Notes under the pieces: generated by a model | The model's database searches: none | Told to the model about the DNA's origin: nothing | What the model saw: the letters and a program-made list of their open reading frames with translations, nothing else | Position numbers and translations under genes: made by a program | Origin: Bdellovibrio sp. | GTDB taxonomy: Bacteria; Bdellovibrionota; Bdellovibrionia; Bdellovibrionales; Bdellovibrionaceae | Reading direction: 5' to 3' | Assembly (NCBI GenBank): GCA_043747495.1 | Contig: JAYTPA010000109.1 | Coordinates: 12,099-76,098, forward strand | Length of the DNA stretch: 64,000 bases | Part shown: positions 29,839 to 39,263 of the stretch, piece after piece | Position numbering within the stretch: position 1 is the stretch's first letter | How the letters are laid out: each line of letters opens with the position of its first letter

Positions 29839-31455
29839 CTACATTTTTCCGCGTTGGAAAACGAATTCATTCTTTTTACGATTATCGAGCGTAACAGCAT
29901 CTGGTCTTTTATTTTCAGCGATGAATAACTTTTTCTCTTCAACAACTTGAATTTGAAGATTCTGACCTGTTAGTAAAGTCACTGCTTCAATTGCCGTTAA
30001 AGCTTCAGAAACTATTGTCGTCACTTTTTTAAAGCTTTGCACTACACCTGCGTGATTAGTGAAACTTCCTGCTTTTTCAATATAAGTTTTTAGCGGGATA
30101 ATAATCGCAGTTTTCAAACTTGAATGATTCATTAATTTTTCATTTTTAGCCGAGCTCATAAAAATAAAATTTTCTGCTTTCGCAAATAAATCTATTTTTT
30201 GATCTAAATCTGAATACACTGGAGTGTTTTCAGGGCCAATCACCACTAAGTTTTTAATTTTACCAGAATTTAAACCAGATTCTAAATCAGAAAACTGTGT
30301 GTTAATTCCGTGTTGGTTAAATGCAGCAATAACACCATTTGAATTTGGATTTTTATCCCCACGGATTAATAATCCGTCAAATTCTTTGGCTTTTGCCTGC
30401 TGAGGCCACCAATGAAAAATGTTTTTAGATTTAAAATGATTCACAAAAGTTTCAATCGTTTTATTTAATTCTTCGTTTGTTAACTGACCTGTTACAACTA
30501 AAGCTGTGTTATCAGCTGTTGCTGATTTTAAAACTTCAGCAGCATCTTTAGCCGCAAGACCCGCATGGGTTTCTGCTTTCCAAGAACCATTAGCGTATTT
30601 TTGACCTTTTAGAAGTCGGTTTTCTTTATTGATGAATTTATAAATATCGCGTCCATCATCACACATCCAGTGACCATTCACTGATTCATTGTGTTTTGGT
30701 TTTACACGGAAAACGCCTTCTTTATTGAAGTAAACTTTAACGTTACAACCCGTTGAGCACCCATTACAGACTGTTTCAGCATCTTTGAGATACCAAACCC
30801 GTTGGCGAAATCTAAAATCTTTTGAAGTCAAAGCACCCACTGGGCAAATATCAACTGTGTTTAATGAATATTTATTATTTAACTCTTTACCTGCGTGCGT
30901 ACCAATTTCAGCATGGTCTCCACGGTTGAAAATTCCTAATTCATTTGTTTTAGAAACTTCATCAGTGAATCTGACACAACGAGAACACAAGATACATCTC
31001 TCAGAATCTAAAACCACTGTTGGACCAAGATCGACAACTTTATTTTTCTTTTGTTTTTTCTCAGCCATTTCAGAATTGTACTGACCGTATTCCATATACT
31101 GTTCTTGTAATCCACATTCACCGGCTTGATCACACACAGGACAATCAAGTGGATGATTAATCAAATGGAAATCTAATCCCCATTTAACGGCTTCTTGAAC
31201 TTTTGCAGAAGTATTATTTATTTTCATGCCTTCAGAAACTGTAGTGTTACAAGCGATTTGTAACCGTGGGTTTCCTTCAATTTCAACCATACAAAGCCTG
31301 CAAACACCGGCAATACTTAAACCTGGATGCCAACAATAATGTGCAATCTTTTGATGATTTTCGTACATGGCTTGAATGATTGTTGTGCCTTGTTTGACTT
31401 CAAGCTCAACGCCATTAATTGTACATTTAACAAAAGTATTAATGGTGGGCTGCAT
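29839..31455 (-). CDS. nuoG: NADH-quinone oxidoreductase subunit G (short form)
   Basis: CWH..GVCRLC, HPLDCPVCDQAGEC, CILCSRC, CNGCSTGC; start set to ATG 31455. Confidence 0.95.
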   Translation of the reverse strand: MQPTINTFVKCTINGVELEVKQGTTIIQAMYENHQKIAHYCWHPGLSIAGVCRLCMVEIEGNPRLQIACNTTVSEGMKINNTSAKVQEAVKWGLDFHLINHPLDCPVCDQAGECGLQEQYMEYGQYNSEMAEKKQKKNKVVDLGPTVVLDSERCILCSRCVRFTDEVSKTNELGIFNRGDHAEIGTHAGKELNNKYSLNTVDICPVGALTSKDFRFRQRVWYLKDAETVCNGCSTGCNVKVYFNKEGVFRVKPKHNESVNGHWMCDDGRDIYKFINKENRLLKGQKYANGSWKAETHAGLAAKDAAEVLKSATADNTALVVTGQLTNEELNKTIETFVNHFKSKNIFHWWPQQAKAKEFDGLLIRGDKNPNSNGVIAAFNQHGINTQFSDLESGLNSGKIKNLVVIGPENTPVYSDLDQKIDLFAKAENFIFMSSAKNEKLMNHSSLKTAIIIPLKTYIEKAGSFTNHAGVVQSFKKVTTIVSEALTAIEAVTLLTGQNLQIQVVEEKKLFIAENKRPDAVTLDNRKKNEFVFQRGKM

Positions 31456-32743
31456 GTGAATGTCCTTTGTAAGCTGTGCCTTTAACTTTTGATTTACCTT
31501 CTCTAACAAAATATTCAAATTCGTCTCTGAATTTAGTGACAAAGCTAATAACTGGTAAAGCGGCTGCATCTGATAGTGCGCAGATCGTTCGACCTTTCAT
31601 GTTATCAGCAATTTTTAAAAGTAATTCGATATCTTGAATGCGTCCTTTGCCAGATAATATTGAATGCGTGATTTTATCAACCCAACCAGTGCCTTCACGA
31701 CAAGGCGTGCACTGACCACATGATTCATGATGATAAAAGTGAGTCAAGTTCGCTAAACATTCAACCATACATTTTGAATCATCGATCACAATAATAGCGC
31801 CTGAACCTAGCATAGTGCCCATGTTCGCTAATGATTCATAATCAAGTAATGCGCGTTCTGATTCTTCAGCATTTAAAACCGGTGCAGATGATCCACCAGG
31901 AATAACTGCTTTTAGTTTTTTACCATTTTTAATTCCTCCACCAAGACCGTAAATCATGTCTTTAAGTGGATAAGCCAATGGGACTTCGTAATTACCAGGT
32001 TTAACAATGTTGCCAGATAATGAAAATAATTTTGTACCAGCAGATTTTTCTGTTCCGTATTTTCTGTACCCTGCGGCACCATCGCGTAAAATATATTTAA
32101 CTGCAGCTAGAGTCTCAACGTTGTTAACAATTGTCGGTTTTTTTAAATAGCCTTGAACTGCTGGGAATGGTGGTTTTAATTTAGGTTGGCCTTTTAAACC
32201 TTCTAATGATGAAATCATTCCTGTTTCTTCACCGCAAATGTAAGCCCCTGCTCCTCGGTAAATATCCATATCGTGATCAAATCCAGAACCTAAAATATTT
32301 TTTCCCAAGTAGCCAGCTTTGTAAGCCTCTTGGATAGCTATTTCTAAAGCATTAATAGAATCGTCGTACTCACCACGAACATAAATGTAAGATTTTTTAG
32401 AACTGATTGCGAAGGCCGATATAATCATACCTTCAACTAATTGATGGGGCGCTTTTTCCATCATCATTCTATCTTTGAATGTTCCTGGTTCACCTTCATC
32501 AGCGTTACACAATAAATACCGGGGTTCATTATTTTTAGGTAAAAATCCCCATTTCATTCCTGTGGAAAAGCCGGCTCCGCCACGCCCGCGTAGACCTGAT
32601 GATTTAACTTCATCGATGATCGCTTGTGGCTGCATTTTAACTGCTTTTTCTAACTGAACATAGCCACCATTTTTTTTGTAGCCTTCAATATTTTTAAATT
32701 CCGGCAAATGATAAAATTCTGTAAGGTATTTGACTTCACTCAT
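31439..32743 (-). CDS. nuoF: NADH-quinone oxidoreductase subunit F
   Basis: GLRGRGGAGF, NADEGEPGTFKDR, GAGAYICGEET, ESCGQCTPCREG. Confidence 0.99.
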   Translation of the reverse strand: MSEVKYLTEFYHLPEFKNIEGYKKNGGYVQLEKAVKMQPQAIIDEVKSSGLRGRGGAGFSTGMKWGFLPKNNEPRYLLCNADEGEPGTFKDRMMMEKAPHQLVEGMIISAFAISSKKSYIYVRGEYDDSINALEIAIQEAYKAGYLGKNILGSGFDHDMDIYRGAGAYICGEETGMISSLEGLKGQPKLKPPFPAVQGYLKKPTIVNNVETLAAVKYILRDGAAGYRKYGTEKSAGTKLFSLSGNIVKPGNYEVPLAYPLKDMIYGLGGGIKNGKKLKAVIPGGSSAPVLNAEESERALLDYESLANMGTMLGSGAIIVIDDSKCMVECLANLTHFYHHESCGQCTPCREGTGWVDKITHSILSGKGRIQDIELLLKIADNMKGRTICALSDAAALPVISFVTKFRDEFEYFVREGKSKVKGTAYKGHSHAAHH

Positions 32744-32759
32744 AAAATTATCCTTTTAT

Positions 32760-33236
32760 CTATACTTTTAGGCTACGAACAATGTTCATCGCTGATTCGT
32801 GAGTTAAATTCTCAAAATATTTGTCACCAATTTGCATCATCGGTGCAGATCCACATGATCCTAAGCATTCGACTTCTGTCACTGTGAATTTTCCATCTTT
32901 GGATTTCTCGCCTAAACGAACACCAATTTCAGAACAAAGATGTTCTGATAATTCTTTAGCTCCGTTCAACATGCATGATAAAGTTCTGCAAATTTGAATA
33001 TGATGAGTGCCAATCGGTTCTTTGTTATACATTGTATAAAAAGTGCAAACTTCGTTAATGTTAGCTTCAGGAAGTTCCATCACTTTAGATAATTCTTTGA
33101 TCACTTCAGGACTGATAAATCCATGATTTTCTTTTTGTGCAATATACAAAGCAGGCAAAACAGCAGACTGCTTCGATTCGTATCTTTTGATTTCACTAAG
33201 GACTTTTTGTTTTCCGTCGTTTGATAATTGAAACAT
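32760..33236 (-). CDS. nuoE: NADH-quinone oxidoreductase subunit E
   Basis: TFYTMY, CRTLSC, ECLGSC; start set to ATG 33236. Confidence 0.97.
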   Translation of the reverse strand: MFQLSNDGKQKVLSEIKRYESKQSAVLPALYIAQKENHGFISPEVIKELSKVMELPEANINEVCTFYTMYNKEPIGTHHIQICRTLSCMLNGAKELSEHLCSEIGVRLGEKSKDGKFTVTEVECLGSCGSAPMMQIGDKYFENLTHESAMNIVRSLKV

Positions 33237-33237
33237 A

Positions 33238-34932
33238 TTATCTATCCAATTCGCCTGCGATAACATTCATACTAGCAACAGTTGCGATCGCATCCGCAAG
33301 CATTGCTCCTTTAACCACTGTTGGAAACGATTGGTAGATCGCAAAACACGGTGGACGAACTTTTAAACGATAAGGTGAAGCTGAACCATCGCTCACTAAA
33401 TAGAAACCTAATTCACCATTTGCTGCTTCAGTGGCATCATAAATATCGCCAACCGGTGGACGAAGACCTTTAATCACAAGCATGAAGTGATTCATAAGAC
33501 CTTCGATGTTTCCGTAAACATCTTTTTTCTCTGGTAAAACAATATTTTTATCACGAATAGTGAAATCACCCGACGGAACGTTTTTGCAAGCTTGTCTGAT
33601 AATTTTGATCGATTGGCGCATTTCTTCAATACGCACTTGATAGCGATCATAAATATCACCAGCAGTTCCTACTGGAATATCAAAATCATAGTTTTCATAA
33701 CCGTAATAAGGGGTCGCTTTTCGTAAATCTAAATTGACACCTGTTGCACGAAGTAACGGCCCTGTGTATCCCCAATCAACTGCATCTTGTGCGCTGACAG
33801 GACAAACATCTTTTGTTCTTTTAATAAAAATTTTATTTCCAAGCATTAATTTAGCAATTTCATCAATGCCGTCACTCATTTCATCACAGAATTTCAGAAC
33901 ATCGTTGAACCAACCATCTGGTGCATCTTGCGCCATGCCACCGATACGAGTCATTGATACTGTTAAACGGGCTCCGCATAATTTTTCAAACAAGTTGTAA
34001 ACTTTTTCACGGTACGTAAATAAATGGAAAAATGCTGTAAGCGCACCAAGATCGACTCCGCCAGTACCCACTGCAACAACGTGATCAATCACACGAGATA
34101 ATTCACATAAAATCACACGCATTGTTTGTGCACGCGCTGGAATTTCAACACCTAATAATTTTTCAACTGTTTTACAGTAACCCACATTATTCATGGGTGC
34201 TGAACAATAATTTAAACGATCAGTGTAAGGAATCACTTGATTATAAGGATGAGTTTCTGCCATTTTTTCAAAACAACGATGTAAATAACCAATTTCGCAA
34301 TTAGCACGCACAACAGTTTCACCATCAAGTTCAGCCATAACACGTAAAGTACCGTGCATTGCCGGATGCGAAGGTCCGATATTGATCGGAACATATCTTG
34401 AATCTAAAACATCACCGCTTTGTTCTGGTGTGTTGTTAAAATGAATTGGAATAACAGAATCACAATGTTGTTGCTGATCGGCTTCGTAGTCTTTACGCAA
34501 AGGATGACCCACAAATTGATGATGAGTTAAAATTTTTCTTAAATTAGGGTGACCTGCGAAAATAATTCCGAACATATCGAAAGCTTCGCGTTCAAACCAA
34601 TCAGCGCCTTTCCAAATCGTTGTCGCTGTAGGAACAGATTCGTTAAGGCCGACTTGCGTTTTCACTCTTAGACGGCGCGAATCGGATGAACCGAATAAAT
34701 GATAAACAACATCAAAACGTTTTTCACGAGTTGGATAATCGACTCCACAAACGTCCATTAAAAAATCAAAACCTGAATATTCTTTTAAAAATCGTAGCAG
34801 AGCTGAAACTGATTCTTTCGGTGATTCAATCACATGATCACCGACTGGTGACACTGTCATTTTATAAATATCACCTAATTTATTTTTTATTTCAGATTGT
34901 AGAATCGTGTACTGATTTAAAGCTAAACTCAT
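33238..34932 (-). CDS. nuoCD: NADH-quinone oxidoreductase fused subunit C/D
   Basis: NuoC part ([18 protein letters not shown]) fused to NuoD part ([24 protein letters not shown]). Confidence 0.97.
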   Translation of the reverse strand: MSLALNQYTILQSEIKNKLGDIYKMTVSPVGDHVIESPKESVSALLRFLKEYSGFDFLMDVCGVDYPTREKRFDVVYHLFGSSDSRRLRVKTQVGLNESVPTATTIWKGADWFEREAFDMFGIIFAGHPNLRKILTHHQFVGHPLRKDYEADQQQHCDSVIPIHFNNTPEQSGDVLDSRYVPINIGPSHPAMHGTLRVMAELDGETVVRANCEIGYLHRCFEKMAETHPYNQVIPYTDRLNYCSAPMNNVGYCKTVEKLLGVEIPARAQTMRVILCELSRVIDHVVAVGTGGVDLGALTAFFHLFTYREKVYNLFEKLCGARLTVSMTRIGGMAQDAPDGWFNDVLKFCDEMSDGIDEIAKLMLGNKIFIKRTKDVCPVSAQDAVDWGYTGPLLRATGVNLDLRKATPYYGYENYDFDIPVGTAGDIYDRYQVRIEEMRQSIKIIRQACKNVPSGDFTIRDKNIVLPEKKDVYGNIEGLMNHFMLVIKGLRPPVGDIYDATEAANGELGFYLVSDGSASPYRLKVRPPCFAIYQSFPTVVKGAMLADAIATVASMNVIAGELDR

Positions 34933-35543
34933 AACCGTGCTCCAATACGTGTTGAAGGCATCGTCGTAGTAACTGTTCCTTTAGCTGGTTCAGTCAATGA
35001 TTGAGGAACTGTTAATCCGTTAATTTCATAAGGCGATTGCCAGTTGTCTCTCCATGGACGAGGAGTTCTGTCTTTGATCATTTTTTGCAAAGCCATCACG
35101 CCATCTAAAACAGCTTCTGGTGTTGGCGGACAACCCGGTACGTAAACATCAACAGGAATAACTTTATCACAACCTTGCAGCACATGATAAGCGCGGTAAA
35201 ATCCGCCAGAGCTAGCACAGGCTCCCATTGAAATCACATATTTAGGTTCCAACATTTGTTGATAAATACGAACTAAAATTGGCGCCATTTTTTCTGTGAT
35301 TGTTCCAGCGACTAAAAGCATATCTGCTTGACGAGGAGAAAACCTGACAACTTCAGCACCGAATCTAGCTAAGTCATATTTGGGACCCATAACCGACATC
35401 AGTTCGATTCCGCAACAAGCTGTTCCGTAAGGCAAAGGCCACAAAGCATTTCTTTGTCCCCAAGCTGCAATAGCATCAAGTTTTGTTGTGAATGCAAAAG
35501 AGCGCGACATTTCATCTAAAGATTTATCAGATACAGATGACAT
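34929..35543 (-). CDS. nuoB: NADH-quinone oxidoreductase subunit B
   Basis: [32 protein letters not shown]. Confidence 0.98.
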   Translation of the reverse strand: MSSVSDKSLDEMSRSFAFTTKLDAIAAWGQRNALWPLPYGTACCGIELMSVMGPKYDLARFGAEVVRFSPRQADMLLVAGTITEKMAPILVRIYQQMLEPKYVISMGACASSGGFYRAYHVLQGCDKVIPVDVYVPGCPPTPEAVLDGVMALQKMIKDRTPRPWRDNWQSPYEINGLTVPQSLTEPAKGTVTTTMPSTRIGARL

Positions 35544-35856
35544 AGAGTAATCTCCATTCTCAATACGTAATCATTTTTATGAAATCACATCATTGCAAAA
35601 ATCACCAGTGATGACAACGACATAACTCATGGCTTCCAAAGTCGAAAAAATGTCTCATTTATTTAATGCTCAGCCTTTAGGCTAGCCTTAAATTGTGTGG
35701 TAAATAGCACAAAAAATCCCAGAAAAGTCACACTCAAACTACAATGAAAATTGTGATTTTAGACCAATGTTGAGACATGAGGGCTGAGAAAGACCTGTTT
35801 TTCGGTGATTCAAATATGAATGATTTTCTAATTTTTAACCAATGATACCATAAGAT

Positions 35857-36549
35857 ATGGCCCAAAAAATGGCCTCTAGACAGAGATTTACCTACTGCGA
35901 GCTATTTGTATTCGCTTTAATGATATTCATTATCGGCGGGACCGCTCACGCCCAACATGTCCCTGGAGAATTTGATCATTTTTTTAGCCTTGATCCACCA
36001 CCTCCATTTTTTCATAAAAAAGTTCACAGATATAACTATGGTGTTTCGATCTTAGGCGGCGAAGGTGACATGGGGAATGGCGCTGTTGATGCACCAACAC
36101 GTGACATGCAATACACAACTCTTCAGGGTTTTGCTGGATTTCGTGTTTCATACTTTCGATTTTCGATCGCTGCAGAAATGATGAAAGCCGCACAAGTTGA
36201 TGATGCCGAATTATTTTCAAACACCAATATTGGCGGAATTGGACTTGGCTACGGACCAAAAATTGATTTTTATGATGGTCGGTACAGCATTGGTTTTATT
36301 TTCAAAGCTAGTAATACTTATACTCTGGATAAAAAAGACATCAATGGTGATAGCAAAAAATATAGAGCTAATTCAGGTTTTAATTTTCAAGTCAGCCGAC
36401 GAATCACTCCAAAATACGGAATCATTATTGATTATGCCCGAGAAACATTTAACGAAAGTTTGCCCACAAGAAATATTCATTGGGACCGTATCAGCATTGG
36501 CTTAATAGTAAGTAATTTTGACAAGCACCCTTTTCCAATAAAGTATTAA
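35857..36549 (+). CDS. Secreted probable beta-barrel protein (paralog 1)
   Basis: Signal peptide ending AHA; GGEGDMGNG, NTNIGG.GL..GP, WDRISIGLI.SNFDK. Confidence 0.65.
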   Translation: MAQKMASRQRFTYCELFVFALMIFIIGGTAHAQHVPGEFDHFFSLDPPPPFFHKKVHRYNYGVSILGGEGDMGNGAVDAPTRDMQYTTLQGFAGFRVSYFRFSIAAEMMKAAQVDDAELFSNTNIGGIGLGYGPKIDFYDGRYSIGFIFKASNTYTLDKKDINGDSKKYRANSGFNFQVSRRITPKYGIIIDYARETFNESLPTRNIHWDRISIGLIVSNFDKHPFPIKY

Positions 36550-36562
36550 GAAAGGTGATAAA

Positions 36563-37237
36563 ATGAAATTTAAAATTTTGCCGCTTTTCTTAATTCTTAT
36601 TTTTTGTATGGCAACTTCTTGCCAATCAACTGGAACCGGTAGTCGTCGAATGTTTAAAGGATTTAGTTACAAACCGCGACCCACTTCAAGCTCTTCAACA
36701 AAAACTAATCCATACAGCGCAGGTTTTATTGTTACGGGCGGACAAGGCAGTATGGGTAATGGTTTAATTGATGCTGAAAACCGAGATATGAATCACATGC
36801 CAGTGCAAATATTTTTTGGTTTTCGTTTTTCAAAATTTCGATTTGCTTTGAATGCAGAATATTCGAAAGTCAGTCAGTCCACTGATCCGCTAGAAGTGGA
36901 TAATACGAATATCGCCGGCACAGGTTTAGCCGTAGGACCACGATTAGATTATTACGATGGCAAACAAAGTTTTGGCGTGTTCTACCGCGCCAGTGATTCA
37001 TACAGGCTTGATCGGCCGGACATCAACAATGAGCAACGCGAATATAAATCAACAAACGGAATCGGTGTTCAGTACACCCGAAGAATCAGTGGCCGATTAG
37101 GTATTGCTATCGATTATACAAAAGAAACATTCACAGAAAGTTTAGATACAAAAAATATTAATTGGGATCGCATCAGCATTGGACTTATTTATTCAAACTT
37201 TGATAAACAGCGGGGCCGCTTCGGTGGTTGGTATTAA
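36563..37237 (+). CDS. Secreted/lipoprotein probable beta-barrel protein (paralog 2)
   Basis: ATSC lipobox-like signal, Ser/Thr linker, GGQGSMGNG, NTNIAG.GL..GP, WDRISIGLI.SNFDK. Confidence 0.65.
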   Translation: MKFKILPLFLILIFCMATSCQSTGTGSRRMFKGFSYKPRPTSSSSTKTNPYSAGFIVTGGQGSMGNGLIDAENRDMNHMPVQIFFGFRFSKFRFALNAEYSKVSQSTDPLEVDNTNIAGTGLAVGPRLDYYDGKQSFGVFYRASDSYRLDRPDINNEQREYKSTNGIGVQYTRRISGRLGIAIDYTKETFTESLDTKNINWDRISIGLIYSNFDKQRGRFGGWY

Positions 37238-37300
37238 CTTGCTCCGCAGGAGCAGACATTAACTTGCTCCGCAGGAGCAGAAACTAACTAGCTCCGTAAG
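37233..37300. repeat. 25-nt tandem repeat containing a palindrome (2 exact copies plus 1 degenerate)
   Basis: ATTAACTTGCTCCGCAGGAGCAGA at 37233 and 37258; degenerate ACTAACTAGCTCCGTAAG at 37283. Confidence 0.9.
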
Positions 37301-38279
37301 CTTTAAAGTTAACAACAACTTTTTCATTAGCAGCTGGAATACTGTTCCCGTGAAATTTTAAAATGTATAACGTCTGACCCGAACCACCGACTTCAGTTTC
37401 TAAAGTCCACCCATTGACAACATCCTCAACAATAGACTGACCGCCGACCGTAACCTGTATTGATGCCTTATCAGGTCGCGATTTAAATCGGTAGGCTGTG
37501 ATTTGATCAATAATACGTGATCTAATGTTTGAAACAGCAGCGGATAAATCTCCGCTGCAGATTGAGCTTTTAACACCGTTAGAAGCATCAACTAAACGAA
37601 TAAACTGTGTGCCAATTGAAACGTGACCACCCAAAGCATCACAACTTTGATTCGTTAATATACCAATATAATTGGCCAACCAAGCTCTAGCGCCAGAATC
37701 AAATTGCGGTTTTCTAGAATTTAAATAATTGATAAAGTCAGTTGTTTCTGGATTTCCAAATTCACTACTTTGATCGACTTCGTCAGAAATAAAAATCACT
37801 GAAAGCAACGCCTCATTACGAAGAAAATCTGAACCGATTGAATTTAAATAGTTTGTCGATGTCACATGTCTCATTGCATCCAAACCCCGTTCTAAATCAG
37901 AGCCTGAATCACCCACGATAATTCGATTAGCTAGTTGACCAATATTGCTAGCCGTTAAATAAACGGGACTACCAATCAATTTTCGAGAATTTGGATAATT
38001 AGTTACGTTTGTTGACATCGTTGTTGTGGTTACTGCTACGCGGTAATCCATACCTAAATTGTTTAAAGCAGTAATCATGTCATTGACCCGAGCGGATAAT
38101 CTTTGTTGATATTGAAGCATTGAGTTTGAATTATCTACGACAAATAAAATATCGACTTTGTTATTGTAAAAAATGGCTCCTGAAAACGCATCGTTTTGTT
38201 GTGGTAATGTAAAACTTGACGGACTATTTTCGCAACCTAAAAACAGGACAAGTACCAAAAACTTAAATAAATTTTTCAT
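37284..38279 (-). CDS. vWA/MIDAS lipoprotein (CglB-like adhesin family)
   Basis: LFLGC lipobox; KVDILFVVDNSNSM (DxSxS MIDAS), GSDLERGL, FLRNEALLSVIFISDEVDQS. Confidence 0.8.
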   Translation of the reverse strand: MKNLFKFLVLVLFLGCENSPSSFTLPQQNDAFSGAIFYNNKVDILFVVDNSNSMLQYQQRLSARVNDMITALNNLGMDYRVAVTTTTMSTNVTNYPNSRKLIGSPVYLTASNIGQLANRIIVGDSGSDLERGLDAMRHVTSTNYLNSIGSDFLRNEALLSVIFISDEVDQSSEFGNPETTDFINYLNSRKPQFDSGARAWLANYIGILTNQSCDALGGHVSIGTQFIRLVDASNGVKSSICSGDLSAAVSNIRSRIIDQITAYRFKSRPDKASIQVTVGGQSIVEDVVNGWTLETEVGGSGQTLYILKFHGNSIPAANEKVVVNFKAYGAS

Positions 38280-38324
38280 TTGATAACGTTTTTTACAAGC
38301 TCCTTAAGCTTACTTAAACAACCA

Positions 38325-39110
38325 CTAAGCAACTTTTTTGATAACTTTCTGACCACCGGTAAACGAAGCAATTGATGATTTAGCTGCAGCAGCTATTTTG
38401 ACAAATTGCACGCCGTAAATGTTTCCTTTTTTGCTGACTATTTTACAAATGGCATTAAATGATGGGACATCTTGTGCTGGTTTAAAATGTAAATAAATTT
38501 GTTGGTCAATTTCAAACTTTCCGTCTTCAATTAAAAGGCCCGCTCCGCCCTCACTGATTTCTAAACCAATAGTTTTATAAACTTTTTTCTTATCATGAAC
38601 AATGGCTTGACCATCGTATTTTGCACGCGGAAATTTGCGGCGATAAAATACATTCGTTTTGTCGCTGACAGGTCCATTTTTTGTTTTTTCAAATATGGAT
38701 TTAATTTCTTGAACAGTAAATTCGTTCACGCCGGCTAACCGCTTCCAAGAACTCATGCCTTCATGCCAAATAAAATCATATTCATTGAGAGTTTTACCTT
38801 GCAACATTTGGATCAATTCAACTTTTGAAAAAGGCCCGAAATTATTATTTTGCTTGAGCACATACCAAATTCTTTTTTTCAAAGGGTCTGTCTCATTTGA
38901 TTTTAAATTCGACTTAATTGGCGTTTCAAAGCTCTTATTAAATAGATGTGTGAATGGAGCATATTCCATCAGTAGGACCCAGTCTTGTGACTTATCATCA
39001 TAAATGTAATCATGCCAATTTACTTTTTGCTGGACGAGTTTAACCTCAATCTCTTCAATAGTGAAAGGACCTTGCTGCTGACCTTGGCTGGCGATGTAGT
39101 AAGTTGACAT
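38325..39110 (-). CDS. Tandem GYF_2 domains plus PilZ domain protein (c-di-GMP effector)
   Basis: YYI...QQGPF and WYV...NFGPF..IWHEGM..W repeats; PilZ RRKFPR and ISEGG. Confidence 0.88.
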   Translation of the reverse strand: MSTYYIASQGQQQGPFTIEEIEVKLVQQKVNWHDYIYDDKSQDWVLLMEYAPFTHLFNKSFETPIKSNLKSNETDPLKKRIWYVLKQNNNFGPFSKVELIQMLQGKTLNEYDFIWHEGMSSWKRLAGVNEFTVQEIKSIFEKTKNGPVSDKTNVFYRRKFPRAKYDGQAIVHDKKKVYKTIGLEISEGGAGLLIEDGKFEIDQQIYLHFKPAQDVPSFNAICKIVSKKGNIYGVQFVKIAAAAKSSIASFTGGQKVIKKVA

Positions 39111-39135
39111 AGTATTTACCTCATAAGCTAGATCT

Positions 39136-39162
39136 ATATCGGTAGTCGAGCCTGGCTCTTTA
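39136..39162 (-). promoter_or_regulatory. sigma28 (FliA) promoter
   Basis: TAAAG-N14-ACCGATAT, 25 nt upstream of the ATG of the GYF-PilZ gene. Confidence 0.8.
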
Positions 39163-39263
39163 ATTCGTTTTAAAGTGTCTAATGAATTGACAGTTTAGTT
39201 GATTTTTCAAAGAGACCTTAAAAACAGGGATGGAAGTGGAATTTTTTTTGACCTTTCACTACT

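Noticed and set aside
37233-37300. CRISPR array
   Set aside because: Repeats are adjacent with no spacers, and there are no cas genes
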